In this document: piece after piece, positions 27,931 through 36,131 of the stretch
How the letters are laid out: the number at the start of each line of letters is the position of its first letter
Position numbering within the stretch: position 1 is the stretch's first letter
Source of the DNA: Parachlamydiales bacterium
Lineage (GTDB): Bacteria > Chlamydiota > Chlamydiia > Chlamydiales > Parachlamydiaceae
DNA: 46,806 bases
Reading direction: 5' to 3'
NCBI GenBank assembly: GCA_020051075.1
Contig: JAGVJP010000116.1
Location: 1 to 46,806 of the forward strand
The notes under the pieces: generated by a model
Database searches by the model: none
Told to the model about the DNA's origin: nothing
The model's input: only the letters and a program-made list of their open reading frames with translations
Position numbers and translations under genes: made by a program

Positions 27931-28160
27931 TGTAGTGTGATATCAAAACTTAAGCTGAACACCATCGCCCAAAATGGCATGGTGTATGTTTGCCATCATA
28001 GGCTCACAAAGTCTATTGAGTTGTGTCAGGCCTTGCCAAGTTTGGATAAGGGATGTGGGATATGTCACACTTGTTAAAATAGGAAGTTCTGAATATATTT
28101 TTGTCTTTTCAAAGGAGTAATCGTGTTTAAATATCTGTTGGTAAGCTTCGGTCCTATTCT

Positions 28161-29141
28161 TTGGCAGTATCTCTGGAATTTCTTATGACGATATTCTTTT
28201 CTCAAGCGCATGCCAGCGAGTTTATGCATCGATCCTTATTAGAATATGAGAAAAAAAATGACACTTTCGTTTGGGAAGAAACACAACTGAGACCCTTTGA
28301 TGAGTTGATTGTTTCTTGGGATGCCGAAAGACCGCTAAACGGATCATATTTAATCCAAGTAAGTTTATTGACGTCAGAATGGTCTCCTTGGCTTGATTAT
28401 GCCTTTTGGAGCACGTATGATCAATATACATTCAAAAATTGTTTGCCTGATTTTAGCATACAGGTCTTTCAAGATGCTGTCGAAGTGCTGCAAGATAACA
28501 AGGCTAGTGGATTCAGAATCCGCATCATAGCGGATGAAAATGCCTCTCTAGATGGGTTTAGGACATTGCACATTTCTGCTATTGACCGCAATACTCACAC
28601 TGTTAACTCTATTTCTTCTGAGAATGTATCGGTCAACCTGAAGGTCAATGGACTTTCTCAAATGATATTATCAGATGAACGTCACTTTCGTTTATGTTCA
28701 CCTGCTTCTACGACTGCAGTGATTAATTTTTTATCAGACACTTTAGATCTTTCACCCATTGAATTTGCAAACTCGGTAGTAGATTCTGCATTCAATATCT
28801 ATGGGAACTGGATTCTAAACTCAGCGCAAGCCTCTCATGTACTAGGAAAATCGTGGCATTGCTTTGTGGCCCGTCTTACATCTTTCAATCAAATTATTGA
28901 TCAATTGATGAAAGGTTACCCTGTTGTAGTTAGCATAAGGGGGCCTTTAAGCGGTGGTGCGCTTCCTTACGAATCAGGTCATTTAGTTGTTGTAACTGGA
29001 TATGACTCAGAGAACCAAGAAGTATTTTGTATGGACCCTGCATTCCCTACAGATGATTTAACCCATGTCAAATACCCTTTGAATGAATTTTTGGCAGCTT
29101 GGAGCAGGCGGCAAGGAATCGCTTACATATTCAGTCGATAA
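28161..29141 (+). CDS. C39-like cysteine peptidase
   Basis: LCSPAST (Cys), YGNW, SGHLVVVTGY (His) and MDPA (Asp). The N-terminus may be frameshifted (see findings). Confidence 0.85.
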   Translation: MAVSLEFLMTIFFSQAHASEFMHRSLLEYEKKNDTFVWEETQLRPFDELIVSWDAERPLNGSYLIQVSLLTSEWSPWLDYAFWSTYDQYTFKNCLPDFSIQVFQDAVEVLQDNKASGFRIRIIADENASLDGFRTLHISAIDRNTHTVNSISSENVSVNLKVNGLSQMILSDERHFRLCSPASTTAVINFLSDTLDLSPIEFANSVVDSAFNIYGNWILNSAQASHVLGKSWHCFVARLTSFNQIIDQLMKGYPVVVSIRGPLSGGALPYESGHLVVVTGYDSENQEVFCMDPAFPTDDLTHVKYPLNEFLAAWSRRQGIAYIFSR

Positions 29142-29575
29142 TTTTATTTGGTAGAGATAATTGTGTCGTAGCACTGCTCGAAGAATGGAGTTGATCTGGC
29201 GATTTACAGAGTACATGTCCCGGCAGCTTGACTTCTTTGTAAATAAATAGGTAAGCCTGAGTTTTTTGCAATTGAAGTTCCCCTGCATAAATAAAGGGGC
29301 CTTTTCCTTGAAGAACTTCATGGGAGATATCAGTCAAAATTTCAAAATTTGGTTTATCGACTTCAAGGGCAAAGAAAGGCTATGGCAGAGGACATTGTAT
29401 TGCCGCCACAGATTTCCCAGTGATTGATATATTCATTAGCTATTGTGATACCATATTGAGCTGCAAAATCTGCCACTTCTTGCATCCTGGAGACTGCTGC
29501 ACGTAAGCGTTGATTGACCAGCAATGTTAAAGCAGGAGGTTCAATTTGTTTTCCATTTTTATCAAGAGGTCGAAT
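29131..29575 (-). pseudogene. Sugar-phosphate isomerase/epimerase (xylose-isomerase-like TIM barrel) fragment
   Basis: Reads ...MQEVADFAAQYGITIANEYINHWE...NTMSSAIAF, then after a frameshift ALEVDKPNFEILTDISHE. These are the ExxNxxE and DxxH metal-binding motifs. Confidence 0.6.
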
Positions 29576-29576
29576 A

Positions 29577-29680
29577 GATTTTTCTGAAAGACCGGCGATC
29601 AGAAATCGCGAGTTTCTAAATTATTGAGATAAGCAGCATGGTTTTACAGGTCTTTCTACAGAATGGTGGCATTTTTGACT
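29577..29680 (+). pseudogene. D-Ala-D-Ala dipeptidase (M15D, VanX/DdpX) C-terminal relic
   Basis: Reads DFSERPAIRNREFLNY*DKQHGFTGLSTEWWHF*. The NR...GF...EWWHF signature is present with internal stops. Confidence 0.6.
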
Positions 29681-29736
29681 TGGCAGAACTACCCTCCAAT
29701 TGATCCAGCAACTCAGAACGATCTTGTCAGCCCCGG

Positions 29737-29806
29737 TAAGTTATATTAAGTTATTGACAGTTATAGTAGATTTTTGCTATAACTATGTATAACTTAAGAT
29801 AACCTA
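29737..29806 (+). promoter_or_regulatory. Promoter with iterated inverted operator
   Basis: TTGACA (29754)-18 nt-TATAAC (29778), with a TG extended -10. AGTTAT occurs at 29739, 29749 and 29759, facing ATAAC(T/C) at 29779, 29789 and 29799. Confidence 0.75.
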
Positions 29807-29821
29807 GATAGGTCTAAAAAA

Positions 29822-31003
29822 ATGGATCCACTTAAAAATCCTTATTCCCCAGGTGCTGGGGCTCCTCCTCCTGAATTAGTCGGTAGGGATTCTATTCTTA
29901 TGCAGGCGGAAATCCTTCTGGGTAGAATTAAAAATAGCAAACCAGAAAAAAGCTTATTAATGACTGGACTCCGTGGTGTCGGAAAAACTGTTTTACTTGT
30001 CGAGATCCAAAAACAAGCCGAAAAACTTGGATATAAAACGATATTCGTAGAAGCTCATGAAGATAAATCTCTCGGAGCATTGTTAGCACCTTACCTTCGT
30101 ACGTTGCTGTACAGCCTTGACCGAATGGCGGGTATTGGCAATAAGGCAAGAAGGGCACTTTCAGTGCTACGAGGATTTATCGGATCTCTTAAAGTTGCTT
30201 ATGGTGATATCTCGATAGGTTTGGATATCGAACCAGAACTAGGGTCTGCAGATAGTGGAGATATTGAGATTGATCTACCGCAACTTTTGGTAGCTATAGG
30301 AGAAGCGGCTCTGGATGGTCATTCAGCCGTCGCTATTTTTGTAGATGAAATCCAATATTTGTCGAAGAAAGAGCTTGGAGCGTTAATTATGGCAATGCAT
30401 AAGCTTCAGCAGCGCCAGCTTCCTGTTTTGCTTGTTGGTGCAGGACTTCCAGTATTACCTGGTCTTGCAGGAGAGTCTAAATCTTATGCTGAACGGTTGT
30501 TTAATTTCCCAAATATCGGGGAATTATCAAAGGTAGATGCTTACAAAGCATTAAGAGATCCTGCGCTTGCTATAGGGGTTGATTTTGAAGAAAAGGCACT
30601 CGAAAAAATCTATGATATGACGCATGGCTATCCTTATTTTCTTCAGGAATGGGGATATAAAACATGGAATAAAGCTCAGTCTAGTCCCATAAGCTACACT
30701 ACCGTGAATTTGGCTACACAAGAGGTCATCGAACAGCTCGATAATAATTTCTTTCGTGTCAGATTTGATCGATTGACTCCTGGAGAAAGAAACTTTTTAA
30801 GAACGATGGCAGAACTTGGTGAGGGGCCTTATAAAGCAGGTGATATTGCTGACAAATGCTCTGTAAAAGTATCAGCCTTGAGCTCTACCAGAGCCAATCT
30901 CATGAAAAAGGGAATGATTTATAGCCCTTCATATGGGTACATCGCGTTTACTGTTCCATTATTTGATCAGTTTATGCGAAGAGCAATGCCAAACCAGCCA
31001 TAA
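29822..31003 (+). CDS. AAA-family ATPase with C-terminal winged helix
   Basis: NPYSPGAG..P.LVGR, Walker A GLRGVGKT, Walker B IFVDEIQ, GYPYFLQ and C-terminal wHTH (R..LMKKGMIY...G...FTVPLF). Confidence 0.85.
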   Translation: MDPLKNPYSPGAGAPPPELVGRDSILMQAEILLGRIKNSKPEKSLLMTGLRGVGKTVLLVEIQKQAEKLGYKTIFVEAHEDKSLGALLAPYLRTLLYSLDRMAGIGNKARRALSVLRGFIGSLKVAYGDISIGLDIEPELGSADSGDIEIDLPQLLVAIGEAALDGHSAVAIFVDEIQYLSKKELGALIMAMHKLQQRQLPVLLVGAGLPVLPGLAGESKSYAERLFNFPNIGELSKVDAYKALRDPALAIGVDFEEKALEKIYDMTHGYPYFLQEWGYKTWNKAQSSPISYTTVNLATQEVIEQLDNNFFRVRFDRLTPGERNFLRTMAELGEGPYKAGDIADKCSVKVSALSSTRANLMKKGMIYSPSYGYIAFTVPLFDQFMRRAMPNQP

Positions 31004-31078
31004 GAAGATCACAATCGATTGAAAAAAGTCACCTATACTTATTATACCGTATCTGTTGATGCCGAAGATGCATTATTG

Positions 31079-31142
31079 TGAAATTCACAAAACTAGCATC
31101 TTTTTGTGAAATTCATTGGTTTTGTTTTCGTGTTGCTAATCG
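31079..31142. repeat. Palindromic site with conserved tail, copy 3
   Basis: tgaaattcacaaaa-ctagcatc-tttttgtgaaattca, then ttggttttgttttcgtgttgctaatcg. Confidence 0.85.
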
Positions 31143-31166
31143 AGCCCATACAGTCCATAAACCTGG

Positions 31167-32783
31167 CTATGAACTTGAGCTAGCAGGCGCTGCTGGGGGT
31201 GGAATTTTGCTGATTTGAAATTTGAACCCTTCTGTGCTTTTCAACCAAAGCACCGGGTGAGTCATTCCTGGCTTGTTGTACACACCTTCGTATAGATTTA
31301 TTGAACCAGAAATCTCGAGTCGATATCTTGGGGGAACTTTAGATCGAATCCAACCGGTTAATTTGTGAGGGTTCTGTATGAGATCTGTTCTTTCAGCTGT
31401 AGAAAGGTCGTGAAAGCCTATCATTTGACCAGGAACGATGCTAAGTTTGTGGATTTTATGGGTAATCATTAACATGAACAACGTTGAAGTACTTGTAAAC
31501 AAAGGACCTCGTTCGGCTTCTAAAACAAACGGGTGTGTTGAGGTTGAAATTTCAAGTCTTGGGGTTTTGAAATCAAAACAGTAGTTAAATTGGGTGGAAG
31601 AGGCATCACAAGATAATCTCGTGAAAGAGAACCCACCCAACAACAACCAGTCTGCCATGCTATCTCCTAAACGATATGGATCTTCACATAAGTTGACATA
31701 GTACTTGTGTTCAACACCATTCAAGTACATGTTTTTGTGTGTGGGAATGGTTAGGGTAGTGTTTTCAAGGAAGTGCTTAATCAATTTTTTGGGATCGTAG
31801 ATGATAGGCTTATCCTTTGGCATAATCTTGCAATGTTCTTGAATCCTGGGATGAAAGAAACGTAGAAATTCTCGAGGAATTGAAACTTCTTCGACATGTG
31901 TCAGGTCCTTAGCCCGAAAATATGCCTGAGGAAATATTCTTTTATTCCATTTGATTTCAATAGTTGATTCCTTGATACGGCGTTTGTTTGGCATAATAAC
32001 GACGGTCTGTAAATCCATTGCTTTGAGTGTATCAACGATAGCTTTTCCTGTAAGAAAGTGATCCCACCCCCAAATTGCGAGGACTTTAGCTGAACTCAAG
32101 CTCGCCCCTTTAATGCATTCGGTCAGGCCTTCATTGGATTTTAGGAGTTGAACATCACGAAGAGAAAGATTGTAACTTGGGAGAGTAGAGTGATTTGATT
32201 CCCGCAATGCTACAGCGTGCTGCTCTAATAGTAGATCGAATTCCTGCAAAAATTGATGTAATTTTACGAAAGCCTCGGCACTCATTTCTAAAATTCGATT
32301 TTCAAAGGATAGTTGTGTACCATTCAGGTGTTCGGCAATCTTTCGAGTAGTGCATTTAAAGCCTTCTTTAAGTTTTAAACCTGATTGGATTTTGAATTCG
32401 CTAATTCTCAAAAAGATTTCCATCTGATGATTATCGAAGCTGGCATCACGAGATTCCGAACCGTGTATAGTAAGAGTCGGAGGAAGATTTTTCAAAAAAG
32501 GGATTTTTTCTCGATCTAATTGCAAACCTGTTTTTAACCCTTCCAAGAGGAGGCAGTAATTTTCAACTTCACCCCAAACTCTGAATAAAATATTCATCAG
32601 TCGTTGTTGGAGTCGGTGCATGAGATCTGACTGATGGATCTCACCTATTAATACGACTCTAGCGTTAATCAGGGAGCTAAAATCGTTATAACATTTTCCA
32701 ATGGCCGGATCATAGAGGGTAAAATTCTTTTCCAGGAATTTGATCTCTTTTGGAGAGAGGTTTAGGGGATTCATATATGACAC
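31167..32783 (-). CDS. Hypothetical protein (538 aa), N-terminal half possibly of TIKI/EreA/ChaN-like fold
   Basis: Long ORF with motifs RVVLIGEIH, LLLEG and AIWGWDH in the order typical of that superfamily. Confidence 0.6.
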   Translation of the reverse strand: MSYMNPLNLSPKEIKFLEKNFTLYDPAIGKCYNDFSSLINARVVLIGEIHQSDLMHRLQQRLMNILFRVWGEVENYCLLLEGLKTGLQLDREKIPFLKNLPPTLTIHGSESRDASFDNHQMEIFLRISEFKIQSGLKLKEGFKCTTRKIAEHLNGTQLSFENRILEMSAEAFVKLHQFLQEFDLLLEQHAVALRESNHSTLPSYNLSLRDVQLLKSNEGLTECIKGASLSSAKVLAIWGWDHFLTGKAIVDTLKAMDLQTVVIMPNKRRIKESTIEIKWNKRIFPQAYFRAKDLTHVEEVSIPREFLRFFHPRIQEHCKIMPKDKPIIYDPKKLIKHFLENTTLTIPTHKNMYLNGVEHKYYVNLCEDPYRLGDSMADWLLLGGFSFTRLSCDASSTQFNYCFDFKTPRLEISTSTHPFVLEAERGPLFTSTSTLFMLMITHKIHKLSIVPGQMIGFHDLSTAERTDLIQNPHKLTGWIRSKVPPRYRLEISGSINLYEGVYNKPGMTHPVLWLKSTEGFKFQISKIPPPAAPASSSS

Positions 32784-32916
32784 TGAAATTTATATTTAAG
32801 AGTGGTTATTACAAAAACGGCATCAAGTTAGAGTCATCTTCTATTGAATCATGAACATGATGGACAGGAATGGGCAACAGCTGGCTGGGCTTCAGTCCAT
32901 AAAGTGTTCTTGCTGC

Positions 32917-32948
32917 AAAAAAATGGCTCACATAACATTGTGAGCCAT
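32917..32948 (-). terminator. Rho-independent terminator of ssrA
   Basis: Hairpin atggctcaca-taacat-tgtgagccat followed by a T-run on the minus strand, 10 nt past the tmRNA 3' end. Confidence 0.8.
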
Positions 32949-32957
32949 ATTATTCTT

Positions 32958-33371
32958 TGGAGGTGGAGAGAATCGAACTCTCGTCCTAAGCAAACTACGA
33001 ATTAACCACTACATGCTTAGCGTTCTGTTAATACTAGCCTCGATGCAGAACGCGGTCACTAAGGCTAGTTTGCTCCATTTGTTCTCGGCCTCAGCATCCT
33101 AGGAGCGGCGGGTGCTGAAGACACACCAAGTGAAAAACGATAGGCTCTAGAGTCCTTGGTCCAGCTCTAGTCTATCGAGCAACTTAAACTGTTAGGTCTA
33201 AGCTACTTGCTCTAGCACCATTTCTTCAGTTTCATCAACAGAGAAATTACCTACTAAAACATTGCCTTTTGTGTTGGCATTTAATTGTTTTACCGGCTTT
33301 TTTAGGAGGCCAACCGATATCCTCCGCATGCAATCAATTTTTCACTTCTCAGTCGAAACCTTGACACCCCC
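32958..33371 (-). ncRNA. ssrA: tmRNA
   Basis: 5' GGGGGTGTCAAGGTTTCGAC and 3' GGACGAGAGTTCGATTCTCTCCACCTCCA form the tRNA-Ala-like acceptor (G3-U pair) and T arm. The tag ORF at 33278-33198 encodes ANTKGNVLVGNFSVDETEEMVLEQVA*. Confidence 0.95.
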
Positions 33372-33507
33372 TTTGAATTGTCATACCTTTATTATATGCA
33401 ATTCTTATTTTTTATAGAAGAGAAAAAATGAGAGTGTGTGACTCGCGAGAATAGTGAGTGTTGAAAGAGCAATGAAAAAATAAATATCACATAATTAAAA
33501 ATAAGAT

Positions 33508-33536
33508 TTGACAAAACAAAGACCATTTTTTATAAT
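33508..33536 (+). promoter_or_regulatory. Consensus sigma70 promoter
   Basis: Exact TTGACA-17 nt-TATAAT. Confidence 0.8.
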
Positions 33537-33542
33537 GAAGAT

Positions 33543-33693
33543 ATAGGGAATGAAAAAGAGGAGGTTTTGCAGTTGAGGCGGGTAGATCTGGATTGAGGGT
33601 GTTCGAGAGGTTTTAATTTATTATTATAATTTTGAATATCCCATCATAGGTCTGCCCTCCTCAGCTTCAAAGGAAAGCTTTTTAACCACTCCT
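33543..33693 (+). ncRNA. Candidate structured RNA (long rod) or structured 5' leader
   Basis: 33571-33589 pairs with 33648-33666, and 33597-33608 with 33630-33641. Seven of eight non-Watson-Crick positions are G-U on the + strand. It begins at the predicted TSS. Confidence 0.45.
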
Positions 33694-33875
33694 GATTCGA
33701 TAAAAAAAGAAGAGAAATGGTTGATAGAATCTAGCTATAGACTTCAACTCAAGCAAGTATGCAGCTCTTCTAATGGAATTAGAACACTGAAAAGTGAAAA
33801 TAATTTCATGGTTTTATTGTATCGAGGGTGGTTTTTTTATCTAATTGAATAGTTGCGTTGAAAGGAAGGTGGAAA

Positions 33876-34352
33876 ATGTCTGATTTCATCAAGCTGCTCT
33901 TCAGAAAATCCCCCCTCTGTCTTTCAATGACTTTATTTTTCCTGTTATTTTCTCCCGAAGTGCGGGCGGTTGATAGCGGCGGATTTCAAGTCACCAATCG
34001 GGGGCATCACTGGACGGAACGGTCCAAGCAAAGAGGTTGGTTTAGAAACTCGGATCGCAACGTAAGAGGATGGGATCATCGCACTGCACTGTCGAATGGC
34101 GATTGGGGGGGGTGGCGACGAAATAACTATTACTATGGCGACGCATGGGGAAGTCCCTCTTATAGCTATGGGTGGTATGGGTATCAGCTTCCTTACTACA
34201 CCAACTATTGGGTTTCTTATCCATCGAGGTTTGCGAACTATACATATCCCTCCTACCCCTACAATGGGAAGTGGTATACAGGGAGCTGGCGTTCTTTTGG
34301 AAAGCCTACACAAGGGTATCACAACACCGGCTATTATAGCGGCACTAGATAA
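33876..34352 (+). CDS. Secreted Tyr/Gly/Trp-rich low-complexity protein
   Basis: Signal peptide ending VRA-V, followed by an R/W-rich and then a Y/P/G-rich region. Confidence 0.65.
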   Translation: MSDFIKLLFRKSPLCLSMTLFFLLFSPEVRAVDSGGFQVTNRGHHWTERSKQRGWFRNSDRNVRGWDHRTALSNGDWGGWRRNNYYYGDAWGSPSYSYGWYGYQLPYYTNYWVSYPSRFANYTYPSYPYNGKWYTGSWRSFGKPTQGYHNTGYYSGTR

Positions 34353-34355
34353 AAA

Positions 34356-36131
34356 TTAATGGTTGAGGCACTGAATCAGAGACATCGCAGCGATGACTCT
34401 GAGAGTTTGTGAGGGTTCATTCAATGTCTGAATCAAAAAAGGGATGGAACGGATCGCTCCGATGCGGCCTAACCCTTCCAATATGCGGCTTTTGAGTTCG
34501 TGGTTGGCTGTGCCATACCCCTCTTCCAAGGCTTGAATCGCTATTTCTTCTCGTCCCCAGAGAGAGAGAACGAGGGCAGCTTGTAGTCGGACTTTTGGTT
34601 GTTCATCGTTGAGGAGGTCTTGAACAAGGCCGATGGCAGGTTCGTCTCCTTCAATGAGAAGGGCAGCTGCCGCTGCGGCTGAGATCCCCCAAGAGCGTTC
34701 TAATAGATAGCTCCGAATTGTAGACAACGCATCGGTGTCGTTTAGAATTGTTAAGAGGTTGAGGAGTTCGATTCTGAGCATTTGATTTTCCATCTCAGGG
34801 GTGACGACTCCTTCATCATCCCTATCCTTTCTCATTCTGTTGTGTGTAATAAATTGAAATAACCCCACCTCTTTTTCGATCCACTTATCTTTGTTTTTTT
34901 TGAGCATCTCTTTCAAATAGGCGCAAGCTTCATCGACGGCAGTCCGTTGGTCAATCAACCCCAAAGCAAGGTTGAGCCTAACGAAAGGGTCTGGATGCTT
35001 CCTAAAATGGTCAAGAGCGAGAGAGACTCCATAATGCCCTGTAGCGCGCAATGCCGATGCTGCGAGAATTCGCACCTCTTGTCGGGAATCGTAGAGGAAC
35101 TGGGTAAAAGATGGCTTCGCTTCTTCTGGAAGATACAAAGTGAGAAGCCATGCAGCAGAGAGGCTGACTTGAGGATGGATATTGAGGATGCCTTCTCGCG
35201 CACAGCTGATGACCTCGTTCGTATGCTCTGATGGTCTGACTAATCCGATCGCCTGAAAAGCTGCGGTTTTTACATCTGAGTGGCGGTCTTTTGCCAGTGT
35301 GAATAAGAGATCGAGGTCTCGTGTGAGTTGAAAGTGAGCGACTGCTTGACAAGCCAGCAGCCGCAGACCTGCCCGGTTGCTAGTGGAAAGGCTGCTAAGT
35401 TCTTGACGGTTGATTTTTTCTTCCATCAGCTTCAATAGAGAGGTGATAGCAAGCTTTTTTTCATCTGTAGAGCTGCTGTCAGAGGCGAGGAGAGCTTCTA
35501 GGTCGCCTTTCAACTCCCGGATTTTCATTGTTCCGATGGCTTGAATCGTCCCTTTTCGAACTTGCCATACCTTCTCCTTTTTAAAAAGGAGGTTTACTTC
35601 GTCAATCAGCTTCTTATCTCGGCAGCGGCCGGCTAATTTGACGGCAAAGGCTCGGATGGCATAGTTTTCATCGCGCATGCCTCGGAGTAAAATGGAGATT
35701 CCTTTCCCTTCTTGACTGAAGAACGCTGCCAATAGCGACATCTGTCTGATCACTAAACTTGATGAAGCCGAGGCTTTTTTTAATACGCCCCAGGCCATCT
35801 CTTCGATGAGTTCTCTGTCCAATTCTTTCTCAGGAAAGTGTTTGACATAGCTTTCCCATTCTTTGAGCATCTCTTTTTCCATCCCTAGTTCTGCCAAGAA
35901 CCGGATGTTCATAACTTGAAAAGAGGGCGAATCGGGATAGAGCATCACGCATTTCTCAGCCTCTTGCTGACCGACGTTCCAATCTTTCAGGATTAAATGG
36001 GCTTGCAAACGTCTGAAGAGGTGCTCTTCGGAGGGAGAAGCTTGCAAGGAGGTCATACCGGCATCTAGTTGACATCGTCCGTATAAAATGACAAGAAGGA
36101 TGATCAAGATTCTCAGATTAGCAGCAACCAC
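34356..36131 (-). CDS. HEAT-repeat protein (conserved chlamydial, CT384-like position)
   Basis: Repeated D...VR..AA.AL HEAT units and an N-terminal hydrophobic or signal segment. Confidence 0.85.
   Translation of the reverse strand: MVAANLRILIILLVILYGRCQLDAGMTSLQASPSEEHLFRRLQAHLILKDWNVGQQEAEKCVMLYPDSPSFQVMNIRFLAELGMEKEMLKEWESYVKHFPEKELDRELIEEMAWGVLKKASASSSLVIRQMSLLAAFFSQEGKGISILLRGMRDENYAIRAFAVKLAGRCRDKKLIDEVNLLFKKEKVWQVRKGTIQAIGTMKIRELKGDLEALLASDSSSTDEKKLAITSLLKLMEEKINRQELSSLSTSNRAGLRLLACQAVAHFQLTRDLDLLFTLAKDRHSDVKTAAFQAIGLVRPSEHTNEVISCAREGILNIHPQVSLSAAWLLTLYLPEEAKPSFTQFLYDSRQEVRILAASALRATGHYGVSLALDHFRKHPDPFVRLNLALGLIDQRTAVDEACAYLKEMLKKNKDKWIEKEVGLFQFITHNRMRKDRDDEGVVTPEMENQMLRIELLNLLTILNDTDALSTIRSYLLERSWGISAAAAAALLIEGDEPAIGLVQDLLNDEQPKVRLQAALVLSLWGREEIAIQALEEGYGTANHELKSRILEGLGRIGAIRSIPFLIQTLNEPSQTLRVIAAMSLIQCLNH

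Noticed and set aside
25706..31142. Palindromic repeats as a CRISPR array or integron attC sites
   Set aside because: Spacing is kilobases rather than 30-40 nt, there are no cas genes or integrase, and no RYYYAAC/GTTRRRY ends.
23240..32957. Classical integrase-driven genomic island at the ssrA 3' end
   Set aside because: No integrase gene and no duplicated tmRNA 3' fragment (att site) were found. The region is accessory, but its integration mechanism is not evident.
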